From: Eukaryota sp. GEM-RC1
Taxonomy: Eukaryota
Assembly (NCBI GenBank): GCA_040285855.1
Contig: JAUFOQ010000006.1
Coordinates: forward strand, 1,550,001-1,614,000
Direction: 5' to 3'
Length of the DNA stretch: 64,000 nt
In this document: positions 42,248 through 55,774 of the stretch, piece by piece
Layout: each line of letters begins with the position of its first letter
How positions within the stretch are numbered: position 1 is the stretch's first letter
Position numbers and translations under genes: made by a program
The notes under the pieces: model-generated
Seen by the model: the letters and a program-made list of their open reading frames with translations, nothing else
Databases searched by the model: none
Told to the model about the DNA's origin: nothing

Positions 42248-45200
42248 ATGTCATCGCAAAACCAGTCCGTTCAATCTCTGGGAATAGCTCTTAGCGGAAA
42301 CAAGTACGTTCTGTTCTTGGACAACTCATCTTAGATATCGTAGAGCTACTTTCACTTTCTTCCAAGGCCTTCAAAAGCTTCCCAGATACAACTTTCTGGC
42401 GTTGGTGCTTCTGGTTGTTGAATTCATACGTGTGTTGCGTGTACGATCTCATCGCAGAATTAATAGCTCTTGTTATCAACCGCCATTTCCCTTACATTCA
42501 CGAAGCTCTTGATACACGTCACTTTCTGCACTTCATTGCTGTCTCTGGTTACGACGATGCGTACTTCTCCGTCTTTTCTCACTCTGTCCTCTCCATCATT
42601 ATAGTTGGTATCCCTATTCTTCTTGGTGCTTCCATGGGTTTAGGTGGCTATCATGCCATGGAAAATCACCAGTCCAAACCTCTCTTGTACTGCTTCAAGG
42701 TTCTCCTTGAGTTCGTGTCTTCCTTCTTGTTCCTTCCTCTTACCATTACAGCTTTCACTTGGTTCAACTGCTCCGATGACTCTCCTTACTTTTCAATCGC
42801 TGTTTCTTCTTGTTGGTCCGCGCAGTCAGTGTTTATCAAGACAGTTATGTTTCTCTCATGGTTGGCTCTGTCAAGTTTCGTTCTTTTACGTGAACTTGTC
42901 TTAGTTGATATATCTCCTAATTCTAAGCGTGTTTTCCGTTGCTTGAACAGAGACTTTAAGGTTGTCATGCTGATAGTTAAAGTACTGTTAGCTCTTCTGT
43001 TAACTGTTTTCGATCATTTACCTTTGGTTTTTACTCTATCTTATCCCATTTGCTGTATTTTCCTTTGTTATTACGTTGTCAAGTGGATTCCTTTTTATAA
43101 GCGTAAAACTAATGAGTTTGTGGCCTTTATTTCTGCATTTACTGCTACAGTTTCTGTTATTTGGCTATTCATTTCCCTTGTTAATTTGCAGTATGTCCCA
43201 TGGGTTATTACCTTGATTATTTATTTTGTTCCTCTTGCTGTTGGAGTATTTGTCAAATATTACGTGAAATTTAGATATTCATGTATAGCTTTCTTTATCC
43301 CTCAAGCTCTGCGATTACAGAACTTATCCCAAGATCATACAGTCAATTACACCAAGAAATTTCTTTGGTTTAAGTTTTCATTAGGCGGAACTCAATCAAC
43401 ACGTTCCAAAGCAAAGGACCTGACCTCTACTTTTCCACAGATAAGTTTGATTTCGATGACGTTTCCTCAGACGATGGTAAAGACAATCAAGATGAAGGTG
43501 AGACTCTTTCTGATCTACTCGTGAAGCACGTCACCTGTCCAATCAAGGGTGAGCTCTTCTCAAGATTTTTGATCTTTTATAATAATGAAATCACGCAACC
43601 AATTGGTCGTGAAATCGTTGAGTTTTGTGTCTCTAAATGGCCAACTCATCCTGTTTCTTATTTATTAAAATGTTCATTTGATATTGGAATTATTAAAGAT
43701 CCTATTTCAGCGCTTTCTTTATGTGCTTCTGTTATCAACATGGAATTGGAAATGCGATTTGATTTTAATTATTTCATTTCTTTCTACAAACAGTTAGCTG
43801 AAAATTTAAGAAGAGAACAATCAACTGGTCAATCATTGGACTCGTCAATATTTCTTTTACTTCAAAGACGATTAAAAACGGCAGTTGACCTCCATCGTGA
43901 TTGTCTTGATTATTTAGCTGCTTTTTGGTCTATTTTGCTTGCAAAGAATCCAAATCTTTCTCTTCTTCCACAAGTTACAGAGAAGATTCAAGAAACCAAA
44001 ACTGAAGCTGAATCTTCCTTTAACAAGCTCTTGAATGATCATCCTGGTGATAAGGAAGTTCTCACTGCTTACTCTAACTTTGCCAGTGAAGTTTGCCTTG
44101 ATGAGGAACTCGCTTTACAGTTACAAACTCAAGTTGAAATGGGTTCCAGTGATGGTAGAAGTAGTACTGGTGATGGTACCTCTTCAAAAGGAAGTCATTT
44201 CACTGGTAAATCATCTATCCAAAAGAATAGACGTAAAAGAAAGAGAAAAACAAAGAGTTTTCTCTTGGGGTTAACTAGTGGTAAGAATGGTTCTGATAGC
44301 AATCAATCAGTTGCTCAAAAATTAAAAATTTCCATTCATGTTTCATTAACAGTGTTGTTGATTCTATGCGTGATTTCTTATGTTTTAATTAGTGGAGGAT
44401 CACAGGATCTTCGAAATCAATATTCAATAATGTTTGAATCTGGACATTTTGGTTCTTCCACTGAAGATCTTGCTGTTTCTTCTCTCTTTCTTGCTAGTTC
44501 TCTCGATGGTAATCAGCTCCATCATTCTTCAGAAGTCTTCAGAAATCGCGTGATTTCTGAAGCTGAACATGCACTTTTCCATTTACGTCGTCTCTTAGTT
44601 GGAGCTCGAGTTTCTCCTAATGTAGGTGATTTTACTTGCGTAGGTGGCGTTCCTGTTGCTATTTCCGCTCTTTCAACTGATCAAACTCTCCGTTTAGTTC
44701 GAGATCCTGTTATTCCAACAAGACAAGAATCAGATGTTTTTCCTCCAGTTCCTCAAATTGTTCTAGTTTCACTTACTCAGCTTGGAATGGACTATTGCAG
44801 AAAAGCCTTTGAATATGCGTCTAGTGCAGCGGAGACTTCCAGAGGACCATCAATTCTCTCATTTCTTGTGTCTAATAGAGGGGTAATTACTGACGGAAGT
44901 ATTCGTTTATTAGATGCTGTTAAGAATGAATCTGAAGATGCCGTTACTATGACGATTGTTTCTGATATTTTGGGAGTTATACTTAACTTGTCTTTAGTAT
45001 TTCTAATTGCTAAATTTTTCTTTGGTAAAACTGTCAAAGAAATCTCACTTCGTCAGTTGGAAGTTTTTAATTTATTTCTATTTGTTCCAAAGAAAAGCAT
45101 TCAGGATATGCTCAACCACACAAAGTTTAGTGAAACTGTAGTAATGAAACAGCCACAATCCTTTAACGTTACTGACAGCGTTGCTAGAATTTCAGAAATT

Positions 45201-47688
45201 GATTCTTCTTCAGACGCTGATGATGTTGTTAACGTTTGTGAAGGCACAAATTCCGAATGTTTAGGTTCAGAATCTGCAAAGATTCCTGAAGTAATGGGAG
45301 CTTCATCACGTTTATTCTTTTGGTTCTTGGTTTATTAATCGTTTCTGTTCTTGTACTAGGCGGGGGATTGTTTCTATTGAATTCAATCAACGATGACGTT
45401 TCTCATATGACTGATCGAAGTAACGAAGTTGTTGAGATTATTGATCACGCTAATACTCTTTATGATCACGTTACCAGATCTTCTACGATTCTTCTTTCAT
45501 TTGCTTCTACAGGAAACCTCAAGTTTTACCATGAATACATCTCTGCAAGACAATCAACAGCTAGAGATGATGCTATTTCAGCTTTGCGTAGACTTGAAAT
45601 GCCTACTGAATCTATCCGTCTTTTAGCTGAAAATACTAGAGTCGATGCTCGAGTTCGATATATTGAATTAATAGCTCTAAAACTCACCCAGTTGGCTTAT
45701 AATCTATCTGACTATGACGTTCCTGAAGTTGCTGGATTTACTTATGACATTACTCAAGAAACTTCTTTTGTTGTTGACGATGTCAATTACAGGGACTTTG
45801 GTCTTTGGTATTCTTCTCTTGAAAAGGATTCTCAAAAACCTCGTGAAGAACTTGTATTACTTGCAAGACACGTTGTCTCTAACAGAAGATTCTATGTCAT
45901 TAACAGTCAACGATTGGACTCTTTAAGGCAGTTTTCTACAAATATTTTAAATACTTTTGATAGAAGATCTAATGTAATTTTTGAAGAAGGAGATTTGCTT
46001 ACAGATATTTTAATATTCATACCCATTGTCGTTGCTGTATTTGTTCTCGCCAATATTGGATTATCTTTTTACTTCGCAAATCTAGTGTTTCATTAAAACA
46101 TTTTGTCATGTTTTTGGTGTTGATGGGCGTTCTATTTTGTCTTTGTTTAACGGTATTTCTTTCTTCTGTTCTTATAGATCGTGAGTATGATTCTTACAAT
46201 CACGGTCGGGAGCAATTGGTAGAGCTCACTCGAAATCTATCAGATTTGAGTGAAGCTCAAGAAGAGTTCAAAGCTTATTCTTTATCTTTTGTGCAAAGTG
46301 GAGATTTAAACTATTACAACCACCACATCGGTCTAACTGGTTTTGTTCATCGAGTTTCTGATTCTGTTGATTCTATAATTAATCTAGACCATCCTCAAGT
46401 TTCTCCATTTGCTACTAAAATCTCTGCACGATTACCTAATCTTACAAAGTCCATCCTAGCCTTGAGAGAAGTAGAATTAATTGCAATGACTATTGCAGCC
46501 CGAGGTTACGAAATACCTGAAGTTCTTGTTCCAATGGATAGAACATGGAACCTTTCTCAACAGGACAATTATCACGAGTTGATTACTAATTTTGGATATT
46601 TTGATTGGAGTACCTTCTACTCTGATGACGTCAGTGATCTTAATTTAAATTTTGATGAACAACGACATCTCGCTAGATCTATATTGACTTCTCCTGTTTA
46701 TCTTGAGTTCGAAGTGATTCGAGATGAATTATTCAGTGAATTATTTGATTTCTTTTCTTCAGAAAGTTCCAACGTCCAGAAAGAATTAACATCTTCTTTT
46801 AGATTCATTTTCGGTCTTTGTTTTGCAGTAATTGTTGGTACTATGATTGTTTTATCTTATTCCATTTACCAGCTCTTTGAAACCTTCTACTCTAAGAGAA
46901 AACAAGCATCACATGTTCGACAAGTAATTAAATTTGCAAATGCAATTAGTATTACTCGTAATTATACTATTTCTTTATTAATCTTAGCAATTGGAGTTTT
47001 AAGTTTCTATGTGTTTGCTTCCACTACTACACTTCAGTCTATTCCAAGACTACATAATATTCATTTAGCTTCATCTAGACTTTTACTTGCAAGAGGACTT
47101 TCCGCTTCCACTACTTTATTAGTAGATTCTGAAGATCCAGCAAGTCAATCTTTAATTGTTCTTCGAGATGCTGAACAATTGTTGCAAGTTCATTATAGAC
47201 TTTTGTTTGGAGATTCCAACACCAGAGGAAGTATTGGAACACATCAAGATCAAGATTCTCTTTTGTTTTCTACTGGTTTCACTTCTAACACCACCTTATT
47301 TGAGTCTGGATTACACGTCAACTTAGCTGGTTTTGTTGATACTGCTTCTAGACTTGCTACTAAGCAGACTGCAGTTCTCCCTAATGATCCTGATTTCCTC
47401 CAATTCTTAAGGGAAGGTGACGTGTTGATGACGTCACTGTATGAGTCTTTAGAGGTTTTTAGAGATACTGCGTTGTCTGTCAACAGTTCTAATTCAAATA
47501 TTATTCATTTTATTTTTATTGTACTATTACTCCTATTAGCTAGTGAATATCTATTTGTTTTTAGACAAATGGTTTCCAAACTAATTGATGGCGAAGAAGT
47601 AATTTTGTTTGTTTTGTCAATGTTGAGTAAGGATGTTGTGGAAAATGTTCCTTTAATTGCTCGTTATTTAGATTCTGTTGGATTTTAG
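42248..47688 (+). CDS. Inverted paralog of the same membrane protein; copy B
   Basis: Starts MSSQNQSVQSLG at 42248 and is collinear with copy A. Frame breaks at ~42320, ~43375, ~45320 and ~46070; the last two are T-runs one base shorter than in copy A. Confidence 0.7.
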
Positions 47689-47914
47689 TGATTGTATGCC
47701 GTTATCTTTATATTTAATATTTGATTTACCCTTCACAATCTCGAATATGTGTCATTAATTCTGGAATGATCTTTTAACTCTTGTGACTTCTGTCATCAAT
47801 AGGTGGAAGGCTATATCAATGTACGATAGTTTATATTTTTAAACATAAATTGAATGTACTAATATTGAGATAATATTTAGAAAAAGAACCTAATATATTA
47901 ACAATTCGTTTCAG

Positions 47915-49950
47915 TTGACTTTTTTCGTCCCTATCAATTTGCCATTGGAGTTCCAGATGGCACAACTTGTGCGGCACTTTCGGCAGATTTATTGTTTAAT
48001 CAGAGTAACACTAATTACTTGTTGAATATTGATTATAAGAATGCATTTAATTCAATTTTTCGTTCAAGTATTTATGAACAATTAGAAGTTCATTTTCCAC
48101 AATTGTTACCCTATTTTCGTTTAATGTATGGTGATCCTTCTGATTTAGTGTTTAATTCATACATCATCAAGTCAACTAGAGGTGTTAAACAAGGTGATCC
48201 ACTTGGTCCTTTTTTTCTTTTGTCTCGCATTACAATCAGTTTTTATCGTATTTAAAGAGAAACACCCTCAGGTGGATTTGTGTGCCTATGCAGATGATTC
48301 TTCATTGATTGGACCTATAGGTGTTTTACAATCGAGTCTTGATGATTTTGTTGAGCTTTCCAAATCCATTGGTTTGGAGATCAAATTGAGTAAGTGTTTC
48401 TTGATTGGAAAAGAAAAAGCTAAAATTATGTATGGTAATGAAGTTATACAGTTTACCAACTATTCTGTTGAGTCTATCAAATTTTTGGGTACCTACTTTG
48501 GAAATCGAGGTAAAATTTTAGATAGCTTGTATAATTCTTCGAATAAGCTTCAATCCCAATTACATTCAATTCAAGATTTAAAAATTGAAAAATATTTGGC
48601 TTTTTCGATGCTTTCGGTTTGTTTTAGTTCGAAGATTAATCATTTTTTGAGATCTATACCTCCTGATATTTCAAGGGAAGTAGCTCAAAAATTCAATGAA
48701 ATTAGAACTAAATTTTTGGGCAATCTTGTTGAAACTGATTCAACCAAACTTCCTTATCATGCATTCTTTTCTGCTTCTTTTGGTGGTGTTGGATTTTCTA
48801 GAGCGGAGTATTTCTGTCAAAGTGCATATCTTGGTGGTTTGAAAAACTTTCTTTTTGAATTCCGTTTGAGATTTAGTGATGTGTTTTCACAAATAATAGC
48901 ACAGAATTCCGTGTGGTTACGTCCTCTTGATTCTGTCATTCAAAACCTATCTGCTGACATTTGGAACAAGTGTTTTCCTAAGTCAATCTCTTCTATTCCT
49001 GATAGGTCAATCGAGTTTCTACATTTATCTGTGGTAAAATGGCAAAATTGTGTTTTACATGGCTTAGAGGACTTGGATTTTTCTAAACGTCTTAGTGTTA
49101 CTAAGGTAAATAATCCCGTCTTTGCTGATTTTCTTTTGGATTTAAACAACTGTTCACCGTTTATTACTCAACAGCCTAGACCTTATGGTCTTCATCTCAA
49201 TAATGAGGCTTGGAAACTTAACATGCGTCTTCGCTTAGGTCTGTTTCCATCTGAATTGTTAGCTAATACTATGTGTTGTTGTGATAAGAGACCAAAAGCT
49301 GACTTCAGACACATTGTTAGCTGCAAAAAATTTCTTCAGTTTAGATCAATTTTACACAATGCTGTTCGTGATGTTACGTATGAAATGTTTAAATGTCATG
49401 GGTTTAATGGGAAAATCGAACCTCTTCTTAAGCATTATAGTGATGATAATATTACCAATTCTCGACGAGGTGATCTCATTGTTCCATATCTTGATTCTTG
49501 TCAAGCTGTGATAGATTTTACTACTGTTGATCCATGTGCTGAAGTATATTTGAATTCAGTTTCGAGTGATACTGAAAATCATTTATCCAAAGCTGAAAAA
49601 AGAAAGATTAGTACATATTCTGACACAATGATCAAACTGAATTCCAATTTGTATTCTTCTTTTAAGTTCATTTCTTTTGCTATTTCAATTCTTGGTAATA
49701 TTGGATTTGCTGCTGAAAATTTCTTTGATGCCTTTTCAAAGTTGTGCCGTGATCATAGGAAAAATTTTAATCAGTCTCTTTGGCGTAATCGCATTGTTTT
49801 TTCCTTATATAGAAGTTTCCCAAAGTATTTGAATCGTATTCTGGACAAATTGTATCGTGGTAGTTCAAGAGTAGATGTGGATTGTTTAATATATTTAAAG
49901 TACTAGTTGTTTGTATTTCGTTAATTTATAACATAAAATCCTTTTTTTTC
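47915..49950 (+). mobile_element. 5'-truncated CRE-like non-LTR retrotransposon (RT + restriction-like endonuclease)
   Basis: IDYKNAFNSI, GVKQGDPLGP, YADD, FLG, FGGVG, CCC..RHIVSC, LHNAVRD, RRGDL, DFTTVDP, AEKRK. Possible degenerate TSD (aacaattcgtttcagttga / aacaaattcgttcaattga). Confidence 0.9.
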
Positions 49951-49974
49951 GAAAACAAATTCGTTCAATTGAAG

Positions 49975-50570
49975 TCCCTTTCATTAATTATTCTTCTTCA
50001 AGTTTCAGATTTCTTGGGTGTTGGTTTGGTAAAAAAGAAGATATTGTCAAAAATCTTGATGATTACTTTATTTCGATTCAACAAGAGTGGGATAAGATCA
50101 AAGTTCTTGAAATTCAAAAACTCTTGAAATTCTTCATTCTCAAAATTTGTTATTCTGGTAACATTACTCATCGTTTAAGGCGCTTGCTTCTGAGTTATCG
50201 TATGAATTCTGTAGAGCTTTTAACAAAATTGGCAAATACTTTCTTTCATTGCGTTGTGACCGGTACAATTCTTTTGTGTTTCAACCTTTTGCGTTGTCGA
50301 TATACGGTAGTGTTGGATTAGCTGCACAAGGTTATTAACTTCCTTGGTAAATTGTGTTCGGAGTACGGTAAAGTTTTCAATGAAAATTTTTTGTTTGAGT
50401 AGGTTAACGTTTGCGTTGTTTCGTTCAATGCACCGATATTTTAATTCAATTTTGGGTAAGTTGTTCGGTGATGGACAGAAGGATTATAGTTTAAATACTT
50501 TAGTTAGTGGCTGTTAGTTATTAATTTCTGCAAATCCATTTATTTCACTGATTGATCATAAACCCCTTTT
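49975..50570 (+). mobile_element. Degenerate CRE-like fragments
   Basis: 50250-50516 is near-identical to 17666-17929. The upstream part resembles the post-RT region. Confidence 0.7.
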
Positions 50571-50669
50571 TTAATTCATCAAATTACTTCAAACATAAAG
50601 AGCTTAAAACCAATGTTTATTGCTTAAGTACATTGCTAGAAGCAAATTAGGCTTTGATGAATTAACTGG

Positions 50670-50765
50670 TCAGGTTCAGTTCCAACAAATCACGAACTTG
50701 AACCACCTAAATTAGTGAAACCGAACTGGTTCGGAACTGACACGAACCGAATTTGGACAGTCCTA
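50670..50765 (-). mobile_element. Possible solo hAT terminus
   Basis: Reverse complement TAGGACTGTCCAAATTCGGTTCG with GAAC/GTTC subterminal repeats. A similar start TGGGGCTGTCCAAG occurs at 22581. Confidence 0.35.
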
Positions 50766-50779
50766 ATAATAAGCTCAGT

Positions 50780-53700
50780 GTTTAAGCTCAATGTTTAAAA
50801 AATCAAACAATCTTTGAACTTTTTTTTCCTCCCACATGCCTTCTGGCAATTTTCTTCCAAAAATTACTTCTCGTTATCTTCCCAAAAAACCCCCCTGGCC
50901 CTGTTAATCGTATCAGTGGTAAGTCGGCTTCATTTATTTCATCATCTTTTTCTGCAAGACCTCTGGTTGCTTCTCTCCAGGTCACTTCTTCATCTTCTTT
51001 GTCTCAGCGAAACCCGTATCCTCCACTTCTTAATAGATTGGTTATGAGAAAGTCCTCCTCCAATTTGAATGTTCCGTCTCTTTCCGGTCAATTGCCGTCT
51101 GCTGTTTTTTCTGATTCTCCTGCTTCTTGTACACCTTCTTTGCATCAAGTTACGATTCCGGTTTTTCCTGTAAGCCCTTTAGTTGAGAAAGTGCTCAATT
51201 CATCAGTTGGTCTTAATTCTTCTTTCTGATTGTGCTTCACATTCTTCGAAATTTAAAGCTTCCAGTGATGTTGCTGACCATCTTGTTCAACCTGATTTAA
51301 TTGTAAAAGAAACTTCATTGAAACCAATTTAGACTTTTTTGGTGTTGTTCTAATTGTGGCCAGTCTGGCCATTATATTACAACATGTCCAGTAGCTAAAG
51401 AAGAACAGTTAAAACTTCAGTCTGATTCTTTTTCTCTCAAATCATCTCTTGACCTTGACTCCTTTGACACTCCTAAATCTGAAGACCTTAATTCCGCTGA
51501 ATTACTTCTTTCTTCAGTTAGTGACTTGACAGAAAAACCAGCGACTAAATATTCTTCCAGTTGTGCGTTTTGTCATAAAGTTGTGACTGATGTGTTCAAT
51601 GGTAGACCGCTTCTTTTTTTGTAAATCTTGTACAACGATCGATTCTTTACGTTGTCCAGTCAAAATTGCTGTTGAATCCAGTCCTTCGGCTTCTATACCT
51701 CTTGCTACGGAATTACAAGCATTTACTTTAAACCTGAAACAGAACCGGTGGAACAACACGAGGTTCTGGAAATTCTTGCTAAAAAACCAAATTGATGGTA
51801 AGAAAAGCAAGTTTGGGAAAAGTGAAATCAATGTCTTATAGTAAGGTGGTCCGGAAATTATGTCTTTGTGGTCGCTATGGTTCTGGAGTCAAGTCCATCT
51901 TTTCTTCAGCAATGGCTATTCCAAATTCTGAAACGGTTCAAAAATTGGTCAAACTGCATCCAAAAGAAGAGTTTTGTGCGTTAAATTTCAAATTTGTCAA
52001 TTCTGGATTGATAATCCGATTTTCCCAACTGAAGTTGCAAATGCTATTGCTAGACTTCCTAAAGGTAAAGCAACTGGACCTTCAGGCATTTCATTTGATT
52101 TGTTGAAAGCTGCTTGCAAGTCTGCTTCAGAAATTTCTGAAGATCTTGCTAATTACTTTTAACAGATGGTTTGTTTGAAAGTTATTCCTCCAATTGAATT
52201 GACCGCTGCTCGACTTATTGCTTTAGTAAAACCAGGTAACGGAATTAAGCCTGATGGAATCCGTTCAATTGCAGTTGGGGAATCAATTTCTCGTTTATTC
52301 GCTTCAATTGTGTTTAATCGAGTGGTCCATAAGGCTGGTCGCTTTTTGTCTCCAGTTCAGTTTGGAATTAAGACAATCTACGGGGCTTCTGTTGCTGCCT
52401 TAACATCAGATGTGTTTTTCAATTCACATGATGATAATTTCATTTTTAATCTTGATTTCAAAAATGCGTTTAATTCATATAGTCGTAAATCTGTTTTTGC
52501 TGCTATTTAAAAAGACTTTCCTGAGTTGACGTCCTACTTTTATTTATTTTATGGAAAACCAAGCGATTTAATTTATGATTCGCATTCATTGAAATCTATG
52601 TCTGGTGTTAAACAAGGAGATCCTTTTGGTCCTCTTTTCCTTTGTTTGGCTATTCATGATTTGCTTTTGAGTATTTTAAAACAATACCCAGACCTTAAGA
52701 TAGTTGGCTACATGGATTGTATTTCTATTATTGGTCCTCTTGAATTGTTAGAAAAGGTCGCTGTGGAAGTGGCTGATACTTATGAAACATTAGGTTTATC
52801 TCTGAACCCTAATTGAAAATTAACTTAAAATTCATCATGCTCAAAATTACATAAAGAAATAATAATTGTAATGACAAAACTAAGAGCAGATGATGTTGTC
52901 CTTTCTTCTTCAGACAACTTGTATGTCATTGATGCAATGTATGTGGATGTTTGTAAAAGACATCCTTAAAGAAAGCGTATTCTGGCACTTCCCGTTTAGA
53001 CATTTGTGAACAAGCCAAACAGGATAGTACATGAAACCATTGATGGCTCTATAACGTGTAACATGTTGAATAGGAAGTATGCCTTTTTGCGGTATCAATC
53101 TACGGTTGTTTAGGAAAAAGTGTTCAATTTTTTAACGTATATTTTTATTATAAATGTAATAGATCAAACAACTAGAATTTGATATCATTAAAACAACACC
53201 CGTCGCTATCAAACCTTACAACAGCTTTGTCCACATAAAACGAACTCACTGCTAATAAAGCTTTGGAGATGATTAGGGGAACTGTTTTAAAAACAGTAAA
53301 AACGATCCGATTCAACCATAACATATGATCAAAACGTTTGTTCATCCTATTTTTCACGATTTTTCCGAAATCGTTTAAAAATTCAATGCACTTTTTCCTA
53401 AACGTCCGTAAATTGAAACGGCAAAGGGCATAATTCGTACTCAACATGTTTTACATGTTTTAAAGCCATCAATGGTTTTCTGTGCTTATCCTGTTTGGCC
53501 TGTTCAGAAATGTCTAAAGGAGAAGTTTCAGAAGAAGCGTTCTTTAAAGATGTCTTTTACAAACATCCACTGACACTACATCAACAACAAACAATTTAAG
53601 AAGGGACAACAACATCTGCTCTCCGTTTACCAAAGAATTGGTTCTGTTTTTCGACATTACAATTATTACTTGGTTCTAAAGATCTTAGAAGTGGTTCAAC

Positions 53701-54200
53701 AAATGACTCAATTTTGTAAGACTTACACATAGCATGTATTTGATCTCTTACAGCATCATGCATACACGTTCGATAAGTTATGCAGCGATTACAACTTAAC
53801 AGATGAGAAAACGTTAATTGTTTTCCACAACTACATTGAAGATCATTTGGCAAATTATATGGCCATAAATAACAACGAAGTCTCATTGTAGTGGTCCATT
53901 GATGATCATTTAATAACAAACCGTATACTTGTGGAATTTGATTGATTATTGCCAATTTTTTAACGGATTTCGAAAAAATCGTAAAAATTGGATGACCAAA
54001 CGGTTTGATCATCCGTTATGGTTGAATCGTATCGTTTTTACTATTTTTAAGACAACTCTCCTAATCATCTCCAAAGCTCCACTAGCTGTTGGATTTGAGG
54101 ACGAAGCTGTTGTAAAATTTTGATAGTGATTTGTGTTGTTATAATGGTATGAAATTTTTGATGTTTAATCTATTACATTTACAAACAGTTTAAAAAAAAA
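50780..54200 (+). mobile_element. Decayed, near full-length CRE-like element (Zn knuckle, RT, internal deletion, endonuclease), interrupted by a nested copy
   Basis: CSNCGQSGHIITTC (CX2CX4HX4C, 51346-51387), LHPKE, KATGPSG, RLIALVKP, IRSIAVGE, DFKNAFNS, GVKQGDPFGP, YMD. Endonuclease remnants at 52880-53137 resume at 53953. Confidence 0.85.
53138..53952 (-). mobile_element. 5'-truncated CRE-like copy nested in opposite orientation
   Basis: 13-bp direct repeat CAATTTTTTAACG at 53125-53137 and 53953-53965. Encodes CSCGK..HLLSC, HDAVRD, VEPL, RRAD. Confidence 0.85.
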
Positions 54201-54289
54201 ATATTGAGAAAATCGGAATTCAAATCTTATAAAAATAATGTTAAGTATACAAGTCAAATACACTCATCTCCGAATCAAAGTTTCTAATT

Positions 54290-54900
54290 TGTTTGTTTCT
54301 ACAATTTGATAGTTTTGTAGGAAGGTTATCTTATTGGGTACCGAATACAGCTTTTCTAACAAATTTCTCAACAACTCAAATTTCAGTTAGGCAATCTGGA
54401 CTTTGAGGATATTGATTATTAGATGTATGTACACTGTAGTGTTGTTGTCTATTACTTTTAGAATAAAAAAATCTTTGAGGAAAAAAACTCAAATTTAAAT
54501 ATTTATTACAAAAACAGCCTTGCATGTGTATTGTTAACTATAACAACAATGACTCTGTGTTTTATTGTTGTTACAAACTTTGAGAGAGTATTGAACAAAT
54601 ACTTTATTTTTGGAATCAATTTCGTGATTGCTTTTATTATTCGTATTCGTCTAAGTGTGTTCGGGTTGGATTCAGTCATGCAGAAATTGTAAGAAAATCT
54701 GTTCTTTGTTCTTTTACGGGTCGCGAATTTTGCCTTAGTATTTTTGAAATACAATATTTCCTCTATTCCGTCTGCTGTATGTAAACTGCAAAATACATTG
54801 ACTAAGGAGTTTGAACTCATGGACTTTATAATCGTATTAGCTTGTTGAAAACTGACAGTCCCGAGTTCGCCGCTTTTTTAATTGACCTTTGTAATAGTGT
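54290..54900 (+). mobile_element. Degenerate CRE-like fragments
   Basis: CKLQNTLTKEFELMDF..PEFAAFLIDLCNS resembles 49030-49150. The 3' tail is shared with 17940-18000. Confidence 0.6.
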
Positions 54901-55259
54901 ACATATTGTATTTCCTATGTATTTATTTGTCTATGTTTATTTCTCAATTATTGCTGGAATGTGTTTAATTGTATCAGCTTAAACCATTCTCTAATTTTTT
55001 ATGATGGAGTCTACATTTCATCATTTGTCGAAGCATTAATTCACAGGCAGAGGTTAGGCAGGGGAATTGTGAATTCAATCATGACCCATGAATTGGTTTC
55101 AAAATTAATTGGTCGGTTTTAAGACACCGACCAATTAACAATTGTTTCTCCCAGTTGGTTCTGAATATGGTGTCGCGGAACAGTTGAAATCCTAAAAGTA
55201 ATCAATCTAGTACCAATGAAACTGTTTGTGAAGCACAACCTTTCATCAGTATCTGTAAA

Positions 55260-55730
55260 GTTTATTAATGGAGGGTACAAAAATACATATCATAATAAAA
55301 ACTATGAAACACAGAAAATTCCTGGTCAACAGTACCACAGTTCTTATACAACTTTGTGAAAATTGATTTAAAAAAACTTAGACATCGAACGGAACAACGA
55401 AAAAATCAAACGGTTATGCCAAATTGATAAGTTAAATTTCTTATTCTGAAACTGACACATAGATCCAAAATCAGTTAAAACCGAGAAGCCATTTCACCAA
55501 TAGTACCAAAAATAGAAATATCAAATGGAACAAATACAAATTTTGATTGAGTTCAGCAACACCTTTGAAATACAAATGAGTTTTGCGTTTTTCGACTGTT
55601 TTTAGGTGTTGAAACCTCTTGAATTTAAGCCGTTAACATAAGTTTGAGCACATGGATCTACTGTTGTAACATCAAGGATAATTTGATCAGAATCAATAAA
55701 AGGACCATATTGAGTAGCCTCGACGAGAAG
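55260..55730 (-). mobile_element. CRE-like 3' fragment
   Basis: Close nucleotide match to 27266-27760, including the 3' flank ATGGAGGGTACAAAAATAC. Confidence 0.85.
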
Positions 55731-55774
55731 AATAATAAGAGTGTATTTGCAACAATAAATTAATACATTCTAAT

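Noticed and set aside
36361..47483. Antisense short ORFs conserved in both membrane-protein copies
   Set aside because: Shadows of the duplicated sense CDS.
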